From: an uncultured Verrucomicrobiales bacterium
GTDB lineage: Bacteria > Verrucomicrobiota > Verrucomicrobiia > Verrucomicrobiales > DEV007
Assembly: GCA_938091905.1 (NCBI GenBank)
Contig: CALKOM010000095.1
Span: forward strand, 1-61,138
Length of the DNA: 61,138 nucleotides
Direction of reading: 5' to 3'
A model generated the notes under the pieces. It worked only from the letters and a program-made list of their open reading frames with translations, had not been told where the DNA came from and did no database searches. The position numbers and the translations under genes are program-made. Shown piece after piece: positions 10,436-19,969 of the stretch (its first letter is position 1; every line of letters starts with the position of its first letter).

Positions 10436-11764
10436 ATGCCTCTCAAACTCAAGCGCCGCTCCGTTCTTAAAGGCTTGGCGGGCGTTGCCCTACCCCTTCC
10501 CCTCCTCGAAGCCATGGGCCAGACGGCAGCGGAAGAGACACCGAAGCGTTTCTGTGGGCTCTACATCGCCAATGGCATGGCGTTGCCCGATCCGAAACAC
10601 GGTATCGATGAATGGAGCTGGTTTCCACGCGCGGCTGAGGACGGAAAGTTTGTTTTTGGAAAATCGACCGAGCCATTGAGTCCCTACCGCGAACAACTGA
10701 GTTTCATGGGCGGGCTGCAACATGCCAATGGCACCAAGAACGATCCTCACGTTTGTTCAGACATGTGGCTAACAGGCGCGCCGCTGCATGACCCAGAGCC
10801 TGGCACTTACAACACGGTTGGTCTGGACCAAGTGATCGCTCGGCACACACGCGATCATTGTCGGCGTCCTTCGTTGGTGCTCTCGATCGATGCCGGTACC
10901 GGTTACACCTCGCGCACGGCGACCATTTCGTACGACCGCCAAGGCAAACCGATCCCAGCGGAGAACGACCCGCGAAGGATCTTTGAAAGTCTCTTTAAAG
11001 GCAATCGCGGTACACTGGAGGCGCAGCGCGCGCAGTTGCGTGCGCGGATGAAGTTAGTCGATGCCGTGGCAGAGAATGCCAAGACACTCGATCGTCAGTT
11101 AGGTCAGGCGGATCGCGACAAGATGGACCAGTATCTTACCTCGCTGAACGAGTTCGAAACGCGTCTGCAGGCTTCTGAGAAATGGCTCGATATACCGCTG
11201 AAAAAGCAGAACTACACGCATCTAGATCTCGACGCTACTACAGACTCGGATCCGCATGCGTATTACCGCACGATGTTGGACTTGATTGCTCTGGCATTCG
11301 ATGCCGACATCACCCGCAGTGTCACCTTTATGATGAGCCGGGAAGATGGCATGGGCATTAGCGACACCTTTCCGCTGAAGCTTGGCATGAACCAAACCCA
11401 CCATAGCATGTCTCACAAGAAGGATCCCGCAGGGGTGACGGAGTGGGCCAAGTACGACCGCTTCCTCAGCGAACAGCTCGCTTACTTCTTGAAGCGGATG
11501 AATGAGTTCCAAGACAATGAAGGCAGTGTGTTAGACAACACCATCGTTCTCTATGGCAGTGGCGCCAGCACGACGCACAAGAACACCAATCTCCCTACAC
11601 TACTTGCTGGCGGTGCAAGAATGGGACTCAAACACGGTCAATTCTATGAAGGGGGCGGTCAAATGACGGACATGTATTTGAGTATTCTCCATTCGATGGG
11701 GATCGGTGAAGCGTCGTTTGGTGACAGCAGAGGAACCTTGGGCAATTCGATCTTTGCCGTCTGA
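10436..11764 (+). CDS. DUF1552 family protein (partner of DUF1592 proteins)
   Basis: Leader [17 protein letters not shown]; motifs LAFDADITR and [11 protein letters not shown]...H...NLP..LAGG. Confidence 0.9.
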   Translation: MPLKLKRRSVLKGLAGVALPLPLLEAMGQTAAEETPKRFCGLYIANGMALPDPKHGIDEWSWFPRAAEDGKFVFGKSTEPLSPYREQLSFMGGLQHANGTKNDPHVCSDMWLTGAPLHDPEPGTYNTVGLDQVIARHTRDHCRRPSLVLSIDAGTGYTSRTATISYDRQGKPIPAENDPRRIFESLFKGNRGTLEAQRAQLRARMKLVDAVAENAKTLDRQLGQADRDKMDQYLTSLNEFETRLQASEKWLDIPLKKQNYTHLDLDATTDSDPHAYYRTMLDLIALAFDADITRSVTFMMSREDGMGISDTFPLKLGMNQTHHSMSHKKDPAGVTEWAKYDRFLSEQLAYFLKRMNEFQDNEGSVLDNTIVLYGSGASTTHKNTNLPTLLAGGARMGLKHGQFYEGGGQMTDMYLSILHSMGIGEASFGDSRGTLGNSIFAV

Positions 11765-12095
11765 TGGTAAAGCTGCTGGCAGCTTCGATTGCCAATCGAA
11801 GAACTTTCACTTCTTCTTCGACGGCCAGTCAAAGCTACTCGACCGGGCTTGCCTGGACACTGGGTTTCTTCCTGGCTCTCGCTTCTGCCTCGGCCGGTGA
11901 CCCACATTGGGCTTACGAACCGCTTTTAGATCCCAAAGTACCGAGCAGCAATGACGCCGCCAAGCATCCCATCGACGCCTTTGTAACGGCATCACACATC
12001 TAGGGAGGGCTCATTGCGGGCATCGCCCCGGACACGCATTCGACGCCTGACCTGGGATCTCTCGGGGCTCCCGACGGATTACCCCGAGAACATTT
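11764..12095 (+). pseudogene. 5' remnant of a DUF1549 (PSD2) protein
   Basis: Signal peptide then HWAYEPL...HPIDAFV, a TAG stop at 12001, then RIRRLTWDLSGLP in another frame. Confidence 0.7.
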
Positions 12096-12112
12096 GACTA
12101 ACAGCAAATTAA

Positions 12113-12694
12113 GGTCTTACGGGGAGACTCGAGCCCATCACTTACTATAGATTCGCGCCGACGGAACTGACACGCCGGACCAAATTCATCACTGCCTCCC
12201 TGCCAGTCACTGAAGGCGTCGACCTCCCACAGATCGAACGTATGAAAGGCATCGAGCACATCGGAGTGCGTGTCCGACAGAGTGGAACGGTCACGGACAT
12301 CTACATGAACCTGGAGGCCGACGGCAGCATCCGCCACCGAAACGCCAATTTTGAAATGCCCAACGGCTGGGAAACCGACGCTTATCTGTTTGGGTTTACC
12401 TATCCAGAGGGTGCTGACCCAAGCAATCTCGATGCGATCACTCGCTACTTGTACTTTGACAGTAACTGTCTGCGCCGCGAAGGTAAGGTCGTGCTCGTCT
12501 CGCTCTCAAAGGTGTATCTGGCGATGATACGACATGGTGACGACCTCGATGTCCTCCTGCAGGGTCAGCCCGTCATTAACGCATTATTGCGAGTGTCCAA
12601 GAAACCGGCGTCCATGCGCCTTGATCATCAACCAGCGAAAGTGCCATACAAATCCAGGCGGCAGGTCGTCACCGTTCGCATCAACCAACATTGA
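12113..12694 (+). pseudogene. 3' remnant resembling the C-terminus of heparinase II/III-like (DUF4962-type) lyases
   Basis: Open frame with no convincing start: TKFITA..P...LPQIER...IGVRV......TDIYMNLEADG...HRN......GWETDAYL. Family recalled from memory, not verified. Confidence 0.5.
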
Positions 12695-12781
12695 AGAATC
12701 TCGAATTATGTTTAATACCTAACAAGCAATGGTCAGTTTGATTCTGTAGAGACACGCACTGTCACGCATGTCCGGCACTTG

Positions 12782-12811
12782 AAAAGACGCCGCTCCTCGA
12801 GGAGCACGTCT
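12782..12811 (-). terminator. Possible intrinsic terminator downstream of the propeller/cytochrome gene
   Basis: Minus strand reads AGACGTGCTCCTCGAGGAGCGGCGTCTTTT: a GC-rich stem with a short U tract. Confidence 0.45.
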
Positions 12812-12829
12812 CCCCTTCTTGTAAGCGGG

Positions 12830-15800
12830 CTAATGACGCCGGCTTCTTTCGAGACGCGTGTAGTCTTTCTGAGAGACGCCGAGGATCTCAAGATCTAAGA
12901 CAAGGTCACTGCTAGCGCCGTGGCGTTGATGGACACTCACCGCAATCACGTTCTTTCCGACGTTGAGCACTTTCCGTTCGATCTTAAATGGGATGAGCTT
13001 GCCCTCGAGGCTTGATTCCGACTGCGTATTGCCCTTGGCAAAGGTGCGTTGATCAATGGTGCCCCTCCCCATCCGGATGCGTTGGATCTCCCTACCATTT
13101 ACGTAGACGACGGCTCCGTCATCAGCGCGTATGGCACAGGCGAAAAATTCTGATACTTCTTTGTCGTCGAGTTCAAAGGCGTGACGGAAGAAAGCCGCAG
13201 GTCTCTTGTTCCGTGGATCGTCCCCGAAGGAAAGAGGGGTCTCGATATCCTCTTCCCCATATCCGAGTGGGGCCTGACCAGTCTTCCATGAAGAGTCATC
13301 GAAGTCTTCTTGGGCCCAATCGCTTGGGAGAGCCGTTTCTGAGTCGATGTAGCGCCAGCCTTCGGCGCCTCTCCTGAGCACTTGAATGACCTCTTCAGGC
13401 TCTGACTCGTAGTCACGGAGGAGCTTCGCGATCTGGGGGCGACCCTCTTCGATCTCTGCCAAGTCGAGATCGAGTCCAGACCGATCGCTGATCGACGTGT
13501 AAATTCGGGCGAGGCCGTCACTCCACGGCGCTATCACGGTATCCACGGCCCGTTCGTCCCGATCACTTCGCTTGGTCGTCGAAGCACCATTTTCTAACAG
13601 ATACTTAATAATCTTAACGCGACAGAGGAAAGCGGCAAGGTGAAGCGGCGTGTTGCCGTCTCGGTTGTCTTGGGAAACACGAGCGTTTCTGTTTTCGACT
13701 AAATCCCTAACAATCTCCATCCGCCCGAAAAACGCCGCTGTGCTTAACGGCGTCATTCCGTTGCTACCTCGACGTGCATTCACGGGAGCACCGGCGTCGA
13801 GCCATCTCTTGGTTTCTGTGAGATTACCTCGTTCAATGGCCATGGCGAGGGCGTCGCGAAGAAGATCTGGATTGTTCTTGTAGCGTAATTCAATGGCCTT
13901 CTCTTCATTCTCAGCGACGTGAAAGATGAAGTCGTTGCTGAACAAGCCATCTCTATTCTGCACCTGTAAAAAATGCATACCAGGCGATGGCAAAGTGTCC
14001 AAGGTCACGGCGATTTGTTCACCGTCTCGCTTGCTAAGTGAGCCCAAAGCCTGACGTCCATTCACCACGATGTGGGCGCCATCTCGGAGATGCCGGCCAT
14101 TCATCTCAATGGTCTTCGATTTTCCAAACAAGATAGGAAACTCTTGTTGCCCGCTCTGCTCATAGAGAGAGCTCAACGTCCAGAGCGCAGGTTGCGGGTG
14201 ATCATAGTTCGCATTGGCGCCGTGCCTTCCGGTGAACGTGCCAATAAACTTCTGCTCTGACGCCAGTGAGACGAGCTGCTGGCGAGACCACGGGCGTCGC
14301 TCTCCGTCTGTCTCGACATAGCTTCCGGCCTTATGACGACCGTCATACTGCAACACCAGCGGGGTCGACTTCCCCTCTTCAATAAGCGTTCCTTCCACCT
14401 GCAAAACGATGCCACCATCTCTCGAAGACTGTTCCAAGGCCTTTAACATGTCTTCTGTTAAAGATTCATCGACCGTCTGTGAGTTCAGTGTGATTTGCCG
14501 TGCGAAAGAACCGGAGAAGCCCGTGCTCCCTTCCAGCACCATGTCCCAGACCGAATCAAACGCCGATCGACCACCCCAGGAGAACTGCCAGACGCGACGC
14601 TCATCATTGCCGTCCTCTGCAACTCGGCGATAGAAATCGAAGTCGATGATGTTCAGACGCCCCTGCGGAAGGATCAGGAAACGGTCGTAAGCGCCACGCC
14701 ATGTAGGGGCATCCATACCAGACCCCGGAGTATTGGTGCTGACCCAATAGGGCATCCGATGACAATTGCCACAAAGGTTCCCACCTGGCGTTCCCCCTGG
14801 ATCACCAAGGATGTGAAACTTTCTGAATCCGTCCTCGGCACGCTTTGATAGGACGTTCGTGTAAGCACGCCGCTGGGCCGGCGGATAAGTGATATTGAGA
14901 AGAAACTTTGCCATGGCGTCGCGGTCCGCAGCCGATAGCCGGCCGGTTTTGCCTTCATCGTTCTTCGTTTCGTTGCCCACCGCGGCCATCGTGGATTCGA
15001 GAGCGCCATCGATCAAATGCCGCGTGGCGCTTGTGGGCTTGTCAGAACGACTATTAGGTTCAACATGGCTGCGTGTGTTGGCACTGTTGTTGCCGCCATA
15101 CGGATCCCCGGGAATGCCATCCCAATGAAAAGGAGCGGTGTCCCGCAGGCCGCGCACGGGCATAGTGGAGCGGGGCATGATCTGATCTCCTCCGGTAACG
15201 ATGGGGGTCTTCAGTACCCAAAGAAGCTGATCGGTATGACCGTTAGGGTGACAACTGGCACAAGAGAACGTTTCTGTCGTTGAGGCACTGGCATCGTTGA
15301 ACGCGATGCGGCCACGTTTAAACTCAGGATGGGTCGGATCTTCTAAGGTGATCGTATCCATAACCGTGAGGTTGGCAGGATCGGAGATATCAAGCAGTGA
15401 CACTGTATTGGCAACGGCATTGAGGACCCAGGCAGCGTCGCTCTCAAGCGCAATGCCTTGTGGCACTGAATCGACCTTCACACTACCAACCACATCGCCG
15501 CTTGCCGCATCGACCGTGAATACTTTGTCCGAGCCCGCTGCGGTTGCTACTAACGTCGAATCATCTTCACTGACGGCGATGGCATATGGCGTGGCGAATG
15601 CTTGCCCTGGTTTAGGATGGTGTGGTGGGAGTGGTTCGAGATCGATGAATGCTGGTTTCTCAGCTTCGTTGCCACTGAACGAGACGCTGGTGATCTGATT
15701 GAAAAAAGCCCGATTCTCCAGCTCTTTGAGGCCATGCTTCTTTGTTCCACTGCGGCCATTGACGTCGTTTCGGGCATCCGTTTGAGCAACATACACTCGG

Positions 15801-16708
15801 CCCTTTGTATCCACGGTGATGCCGTAGAGGAGGGTGCCTAGCGTATCCACCGTTTCGACAAGCTTGTCGGTCTTGGTGTCAAAGACGTAGAGGTCGCGGT
15901 CAGGCACTTTGGGGTGTTTCACAATATCGGTAACGTGCCCTAGCGAGAGCACATTGTTGTTAGCGATTGAATGTTCCCAGGCATCGAAGGTCACCAGTTC
16001 GCCATCGATCTCATCGCCACGCCCTCCAGAGAGTTGGGTCTTATTGTTGGACTCAAATGGGAGGACATAAAGCCGATCACCACGAACAGCGATGGCGCGA
16101 GGATCTTGTGCGGAGATATGGAGCCTCTTCTCCACTTTGTGTGTGGCCACGTTGATCACCGCAATCTTGTTTTCTGATGAAAGCGCAACATAAGCCTTCT
16201 CATTGCTGGCAAAAGCGATCCCGACAGGCTCATCAAATCGTGTCGATTTGGTCGACTCATCGAACTGCTGGACGGTCGCGATCACCTGTAGATACGCAGG
16301 ACTTTCGGAATCGTTATCAATGACACTCACAGAATCTGAAACATGATTAGCAACCCAGATCTCAAGGCCATCGGGCCTAACTGCGATGCTCACTGGATCG
16401 ATACCGACATGGATCCTTCGCACAATCTTTCGCGTCGCTTTGGCAATGACGTCAACGGTATCGGAAGGCGTGTTGGCAACGAAGACGTGTTCGTCTTGAA
16501 TGGCGATCGGGGAGGCGTGCGGACTGAGGAAAGATGGGTAGCCGACCTCTGAAGGTTTGTTAGGTGAGCCTGGATCGGGCGTGGTGGCAGGCCCCGCATG
16601 TCCTTGGGTCAGCGCACCGATACCGATCAACGAGCTGACAATCAACGCAACGAACAAGGCTGTGAGTCCCGTTCGCGTGTTCAGGTGGGTCTTGATGGTA
16701 GTTGCCAT
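12830..16708 (-). CDS. YVTN-type beta-propeller + di-heme cytochrome c peroxidase-like domain + ankyrin repeats + C-terminal galactose-binding-like domain
   Basis: Repeated VAN..SDSVSVID blades; CASCH and CGNCH; RGLRDTAPFHWDG; ankyrin TPLSTAA and TPLHLAA; C-terminal WRY...FDDSSW..G.APLGYG...DDGAVVYVNG. Confidence 0.8.
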   Translation of the reverse strand: MATTIKTHLNTRTGLTALFVALIVSSLIGIGALTQGHAGPATTPDPGSPNKPSEVGYPSFLSPHASPIAIQDEHVFVANTPSDTVDVIAKATRKIVRRIHVGIDPVSIAVRPDGLEIWVANHVSDSVSVIDNDSESPAYLQVIATVQQFDESTKSTRFDEPVGIAFASNEKAYVALSSENKIAVINVATHKVEKRLHISAQDPRAIAVRGDRLYVLPFESNNKTQLSGGRGDEIDGELVTFDAWEHSIANNNVLSLGHVTDIVKHPKVPDRDLYVFDTKTDKLVETVDTLGTLLYGITVDTKGRVYVAQTDARNDVNGRSGTKKHGLKELENRAFFNQITSVSFSGNEAEKPAFIDLEPLPPHHPKPGQAFATPYAIAVSEDDSTLVATAAGSDKVFTVDAASGDVVGSVKVDSVPQGIALESDAAWVLNAVANTVSLLDISDPANLTVMDTITLEDPTHPEFKRGRIAFNDASASTTETFSCASCHPNGHTDQLLWVLKTPIVTGGDQIMPRSTMPVRGLRDTAPFHWDGIPGDPYGGNNSANTRSHVEPNSRSDKPTSATRHLIDGALESTMAAVGNETKNDEGKTGRLSAADRDAMAKFLLNITYPPAQRRAYTNVLSKRAEDGFRKFHILGDPGGTPGGNLCGNCHRMPYWVSTNTPGSGMDAPTWRGAYDRFLILPQGRLNIIDFDFYRRVAEDGNDERRVWQFSWGGRSAFDSVWDMVLEGSTGFSGSFARQITLNSQTVDESLTEDMLKALEQSSRDGGIVLQVEGTLIEEGKSTPLVLQYDGRHKAGSYVETDGERRPWSRQQLVSLASEQKFIGTFTGRHGANANYDHPQPALWTLSSLYEQSGQQEFPILFGKSKTIEMNGRHLRDGAHIVVNGRQALGSLSKRDGEQIAVTLDTLPSPGMHFLQVQNRDGLFSNDFIFHVAENEEKAIELRYKNNPDLLRDALAMAIERGNLTETKRWLDAGAPVNARRGSNGMTPLSTAAFFGRMEIVRDLVENRNARVSQDNRDGNTPLHLAAFLCRVKIIKYLLENGASTTKRSDRDERAVDTVIAPWSDGLARIYTSISDRSGLDLDLAEIEEGRPQIAKLLRDYESEPEEVIQVLRRGAEGWRYIDSETALPSDWAQEDFDDSSWKTGQAPLGYGEEDIETPLSFGDDPRNKRPAAFFRHAFELDDKEVSEFFACAIRADDGAVVYVNGREIQRIRMGRGTIDQRTFAKGNTQSESSLEGKLIPFKIERKVLNVGKNVIAVSVHQRHGASSDLVLDLEILGVSQKDYTRLERSRRH

Positions 16709-16736
16709 AATATTTGCTAGGGAACGTGTGTCCTGT

Positions 16737-18017
16737 CTACTTGCCCTCTCTCCCAGCCTGCAGGCGTTCTTGTGTCTCGATGGGCAGACCACTCGTAGGC
16801 AACCATTCCGCCGCCGCCGCGGGGTCTTTGCGAACGTAGGCCTCAGCAGCGAGCGTCATCACCTTCTCGCGGCCTTCCGCACTCGAGAGTTCGTTCGCCC
16901 AGACGATCGCCGCAGTTGGATCTTCCCAGCGATGGCTGTGCACCATCCCTCCGATTGCCCAATCTCGGCTCTCTGAGGGAGGCATGGAAGCGACGTATTC
17001 GCTGGCCGCGACCGGATCGTTCTTGACCCATCCGCCTAACAAAGGAGCATAGGCGGAAGTTGCAGCACCGCCGTCCATCGAGCTCAACCAATCGGCGACC
17101 TTTGCCCCGTCACGCCCGCCCATCTCCTGAGCGACACCATAGGTGAGGCTGCCAGCGTTCGGGTCACCACTGCTGGCCAAGTCACCTGCCCAAGCCAGAG
17201 TGGCATCCGCGTTCTCGCGAACCCCCTGACGCCCGGCTTCCCAAAGCGCATGTCCACGCAAAGCGCCTTTACCGAGATTCGTCGCCCACTGTGCGGCTTG
17301 TTGCGCGCCTTCCGTCTGGACGACTTTGCCCATGACAATGCCCATCATCTCCTTGGCTCGCGTATCGCCTGATTCGCCTAACGCATAAACAAAGTCAGCT
17401 GCCTTTAAGGGACTTGCAATGGCCAGACCATGGACAAGGGCGGCTTTCATTGCCTGTTTGTTTGCCCCGTCGTTACCTTTGTTCTCCAAAGTCTCGTAAT
17501 ATTCCATCGCCTTCGCAGGATCCTTGCTCGCCCAACCAGCCAAGGTCGGCCCCATGTCCTTCTTGTCGGTAGTCTCGAGTCCATGGAGCACGGCCTCCAG
17601 CCCTGCCACCTGCCCCCAGGCGTAGTGGAAATCGCGAAAGTCTGGATCGTCGTCCTTCAGGTGAGCGATTTGCTCGCGAATCTCGAGGGCGTTCTCCGCC
17701 GTGAGGCCAGCGATGAGTTCGGCAAAGGCCTGACGTTTAGCGATGGGGTCAGTGGCGCGGCGCAATTGGTCTCCAAGTACGGCAATGCGCTCTGAGGTCA
17801 GGGTTAGTCTCTTGTTGGCATCTGTGGCCGCTTGACTTCTCTCAGTGTCTGAACGGCGGAGATCTTTATCGGTGGGCAGTAAGGTTCCCGTTGAATGACT
17901 CTGATCACGAACGGGTTCGATAATGTTCACAGGTTTTAAGTGCCACCCGAGCGCGAACGTCATCGCCGCTAAAACAATCCAGGCGACAGGTGTGAGATGT
18001 CTTTTTGTAAGAGTCAT
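16737..18017 (-). CDS. Membrane-anchored helical-repeat hypothetical protein of Verrucomicrobial type
   Basis: N-terminal TM helix; repeated W...DP.AA..W units. Confidence 0.7.
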   Translation of the reverse strand: MTLTKRHLTPVAWIVLAAMTFALGWHLKPVNIIEPVRDQSHSTGTLLPTDKDLRRSDTERSQAATDANKRLTLTSERIAVLGDQLRRATDPIAKRQAFAELIAGLTAENALEIREQIAHLKDDDPDFRDFHYAWGQVAGLEAVLHGLETTDKKDMGPTLAGWASKDPAKAMEYYETLENKGNDGANKQAMKAALVHGLAIASPLKAADFVYALGESGDTRAKEMMGIVMGKVVQTEGAQQAAQWATNLGKGALRGHALWEAGRQGVRENADATLAWAGDLASSGDPNAGSLTYGVAQEMGGRDGAKVADWLSSMDGGAATSAYAPLLGGWVKNDPVAASEYVASMPPSESRDWAIGGMVHSHRWEDPTAAIVWANELSSAEGREKVMTLAAEAYVRKDPAAAAEWLPTSGLPIETQERLQAGREGK

Positions 18018-18097
18018 GGGTGAATGTGCGGTTTCTTTGAGAGTTAAGGCGCCGGCTTCGGCCAGCATTTTCACAGTTACGCCGACAAAAGCTAGCG

Positions 18098-19375
18098 CTA
18101 CGGAGCGGACAGTTCGACGCTGATGATTTCTAAGCCAGCTTCCTGATTGATAGTAAGCGCCCACCAGTCGACCAATTCATGGCCGACCAATGATTCTGGA
18201 AAGCACGAGTATTGCCGTTTGAAAGAAGTAATGGGCAGATCGAGTTCGAAGTGATCCTCAGATCCAGCAAGCCTTTGACTAGCAATGTATTTTCCAGCAA
18301 AGCCACCACCGACCCGATGGGTGGTCAGTCCGAAATGCACCTCACAATCATGGGCGACCCGCCCCACCATCCGGATGTGGGCCCCGTCATTGAGGAGGGA
18401 CGTAGGTTGGTCTCTGCCTGCTGCTGACATTGAGGCAAGATCCAATACCATGTGCTTACCATACTCTTTCCAAAGCAACGGCTTCGCCTCGAGATAGCCT
18501 TCGGCTCCGTCCACGCCAGGATGCCATTCCCCGTGCCCCATTCCGTAAGGCAAGGTGCTCCTCCAAGAATCCACATAGTGTTCGCGAGGCAGAACGAGAA
18601 AGCTCTCCGCTGTGTCCGCTGCAGCGACCACGAAGTGATCAGCCGGAACATCCTGGGAGATGCCATCCGCAAGCCTCGTGGCACGCACGCTCCCTTCGTA
18701 GACGATCAATCGCGTGGAAGAAGAATCAGCCCGCAGCGTAAACTGAGTCCCTAACACTTCCGCTTCAGCCGTTGGAGTGAAGAAACGCATGGGCTTGCGC
18801 TCATGCACCGGCGCCACCTCGACCGAAAGACTCCCTTCCCGCAAGCGGATGATCTTTCCTTCGTCGCTTCGTGAAATGGTCATGACCGATTGACCAAAGA
18901 GAGACATTCTTGACCCATCTCCAAAAGCGATTTCCACCCACGAGTTTGCCGAAAGCGATTCTAAGGTACCTCCGCTCAGGGAAAGTCCTTTGGTGAGGGT
19001 GTCTCTGACTTCACCACCATCGCCTGTCCAGCGCAAGGAGCCTCCGCCAACTTCGACGATTCTAGCAAAGTGATCCAAGCCGTTACTCTGAGACCATAGA
19101 AAAAGCCATGTGCCCAAGACCACTGCGGTAGCAGCAGCCAAACCGACCCAAAGAGGGTCCTTTGCTAGAAACACTCGTTGATACGGTTGTTCAGTTTCAT
19201 TCCCAAGCTGCAGTGCGGTTTCGCGCAGGTTCGTGTCCAGTCGGGCCATGGCTGCAAATGCCTCACGGAAGGCAGTATCACTTTGCAGCTGAGCATCCAA
19301 GCACTCCATCTCCGTCTCAGAGATCGTTCCAAGAAAGTAGCGCTCGATGAGCTTGCTAGAATCGTCAGTATTCAT
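18098..19375 (-). CDS. FecR-family anti-sigma factor
   Basis: N-terminal anti-sigma helices, one TM helix, FecR motif TP.AEAEVLGTQF...V.EGSV. Confidence 0.9.
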   Translation of the reverse strand: MNTDDSSKLIERYFLGTISETEMECLDAQLQSDTAFREAFAAMARLDTNLRETALQLGNETEQPYQRVFLAKDPLWVGLAAATAVVLGTWLFLWSQSNGLDHFARIVEVGGGSLRWTGDGGEVRDTLTKGLSLSGGTLESLSANSWVEIAFGDGSRMSLFGQSVMTISRSDEGKIIRLREGSLSVEVAPVHERKPMRFFTPTAEAEVLGTQFTLRADSSSTRLIVYEGSVRATRLADGISQDVPADHFVVAAADTAESFLVLPREHYVDSWRSTLPYGMGHGEWHPGVDGAEGYLEAKPLLWKEYGKHMVLDLASMSAAGRDQPTSLLNDGAHIRMVGRVAHDCEVHFGLTTHRVGGGFAGKYIASQRLAGSEDHFELDLPITSFKRQYSCFPESLVGHELVDWWALTINQEAGLEIISVELSAP

Positions 19376-19917
19376 GAGCACCGTCCTCCTTCAGCCGTGA
19401 CCGCCATTTCCTGCTCGACGCACATTCGCAGTTTCTCCCGCAGACGACCGAGTAGCTTATAGAGGCTATTCGCGGATCGCCGCGTGCGCGTTGCCAACTG
19501 CGTCAAGCCGCCCACCTCCAGGTAAGGCATCATGACTAGACGGCGGTGTTCGTCACTCAGCTTTGCCAAACAGCGTTTCAAGGCAGCGCGCTCGCCCGCC
19601 AGGAGATCCTGCGAAACCTCAAGTTCCTGGTCAGCCAGTTTCGCGATCGCCTCTTCGCTCAAGACAAGACGATCACGGGCCACCCGTCGACGAGCACGCA
19701 AGGCTTCGAATCGCACGATCACTTTGGCCCAGGGGAGAAAGCCACTCTCGTGTTCTATCTGATCCAATTTCTTCCACATCACCACGCTCGATTCCTGAAG
19801 CACATCATCAACAGCCTCCCAGGTCGGGAGCATGGCCCGCGCGTAGGCACGTAGAACCGGTTCATGAACCACAAAGAGGCGCATGAATTCGGGTTCGTTT
19901 TCTCGAGGATTACTCAT
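19372..19917 (-). CDS. ECF sigma-70 factor (Rhodopirellula/Verrucomicrobium type)
   Basis: DDVLQE..VVMWKK, FLPWA, LYKLLGRLR..LR.CV; overlaps fecR by ATGA. Confidence 0.92.
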   Translation of the reverse strand: MSNPRENEPEFMRLFVVHEPVLRAYARAMLPTWEAVDDVLQESSVVMWKKLDQIEHESGFLPWAKVIVRFEALRARRRVARDRLVLSEEAIAKLADQELEVSQDLLAGERAALKRCLAKLSDEHRRLVMMPYLEVGGLTQLATRTRRSANSLYKLLGRLREKLRMCVEQEMAVTAEGGRCS

Positions 19918-19969
19918 TGTCTACCATAGGACTCCCGATAGGGAATTAACCTGCTGCATAAAGTCGGCG

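Noticed and set aside
12830..16708. Hydrazine synthase, MauG or nitrite reductase NirS
   Set aside because: The resemblance is architectural only; no partner genes (hzsA, mau, nir) are present.
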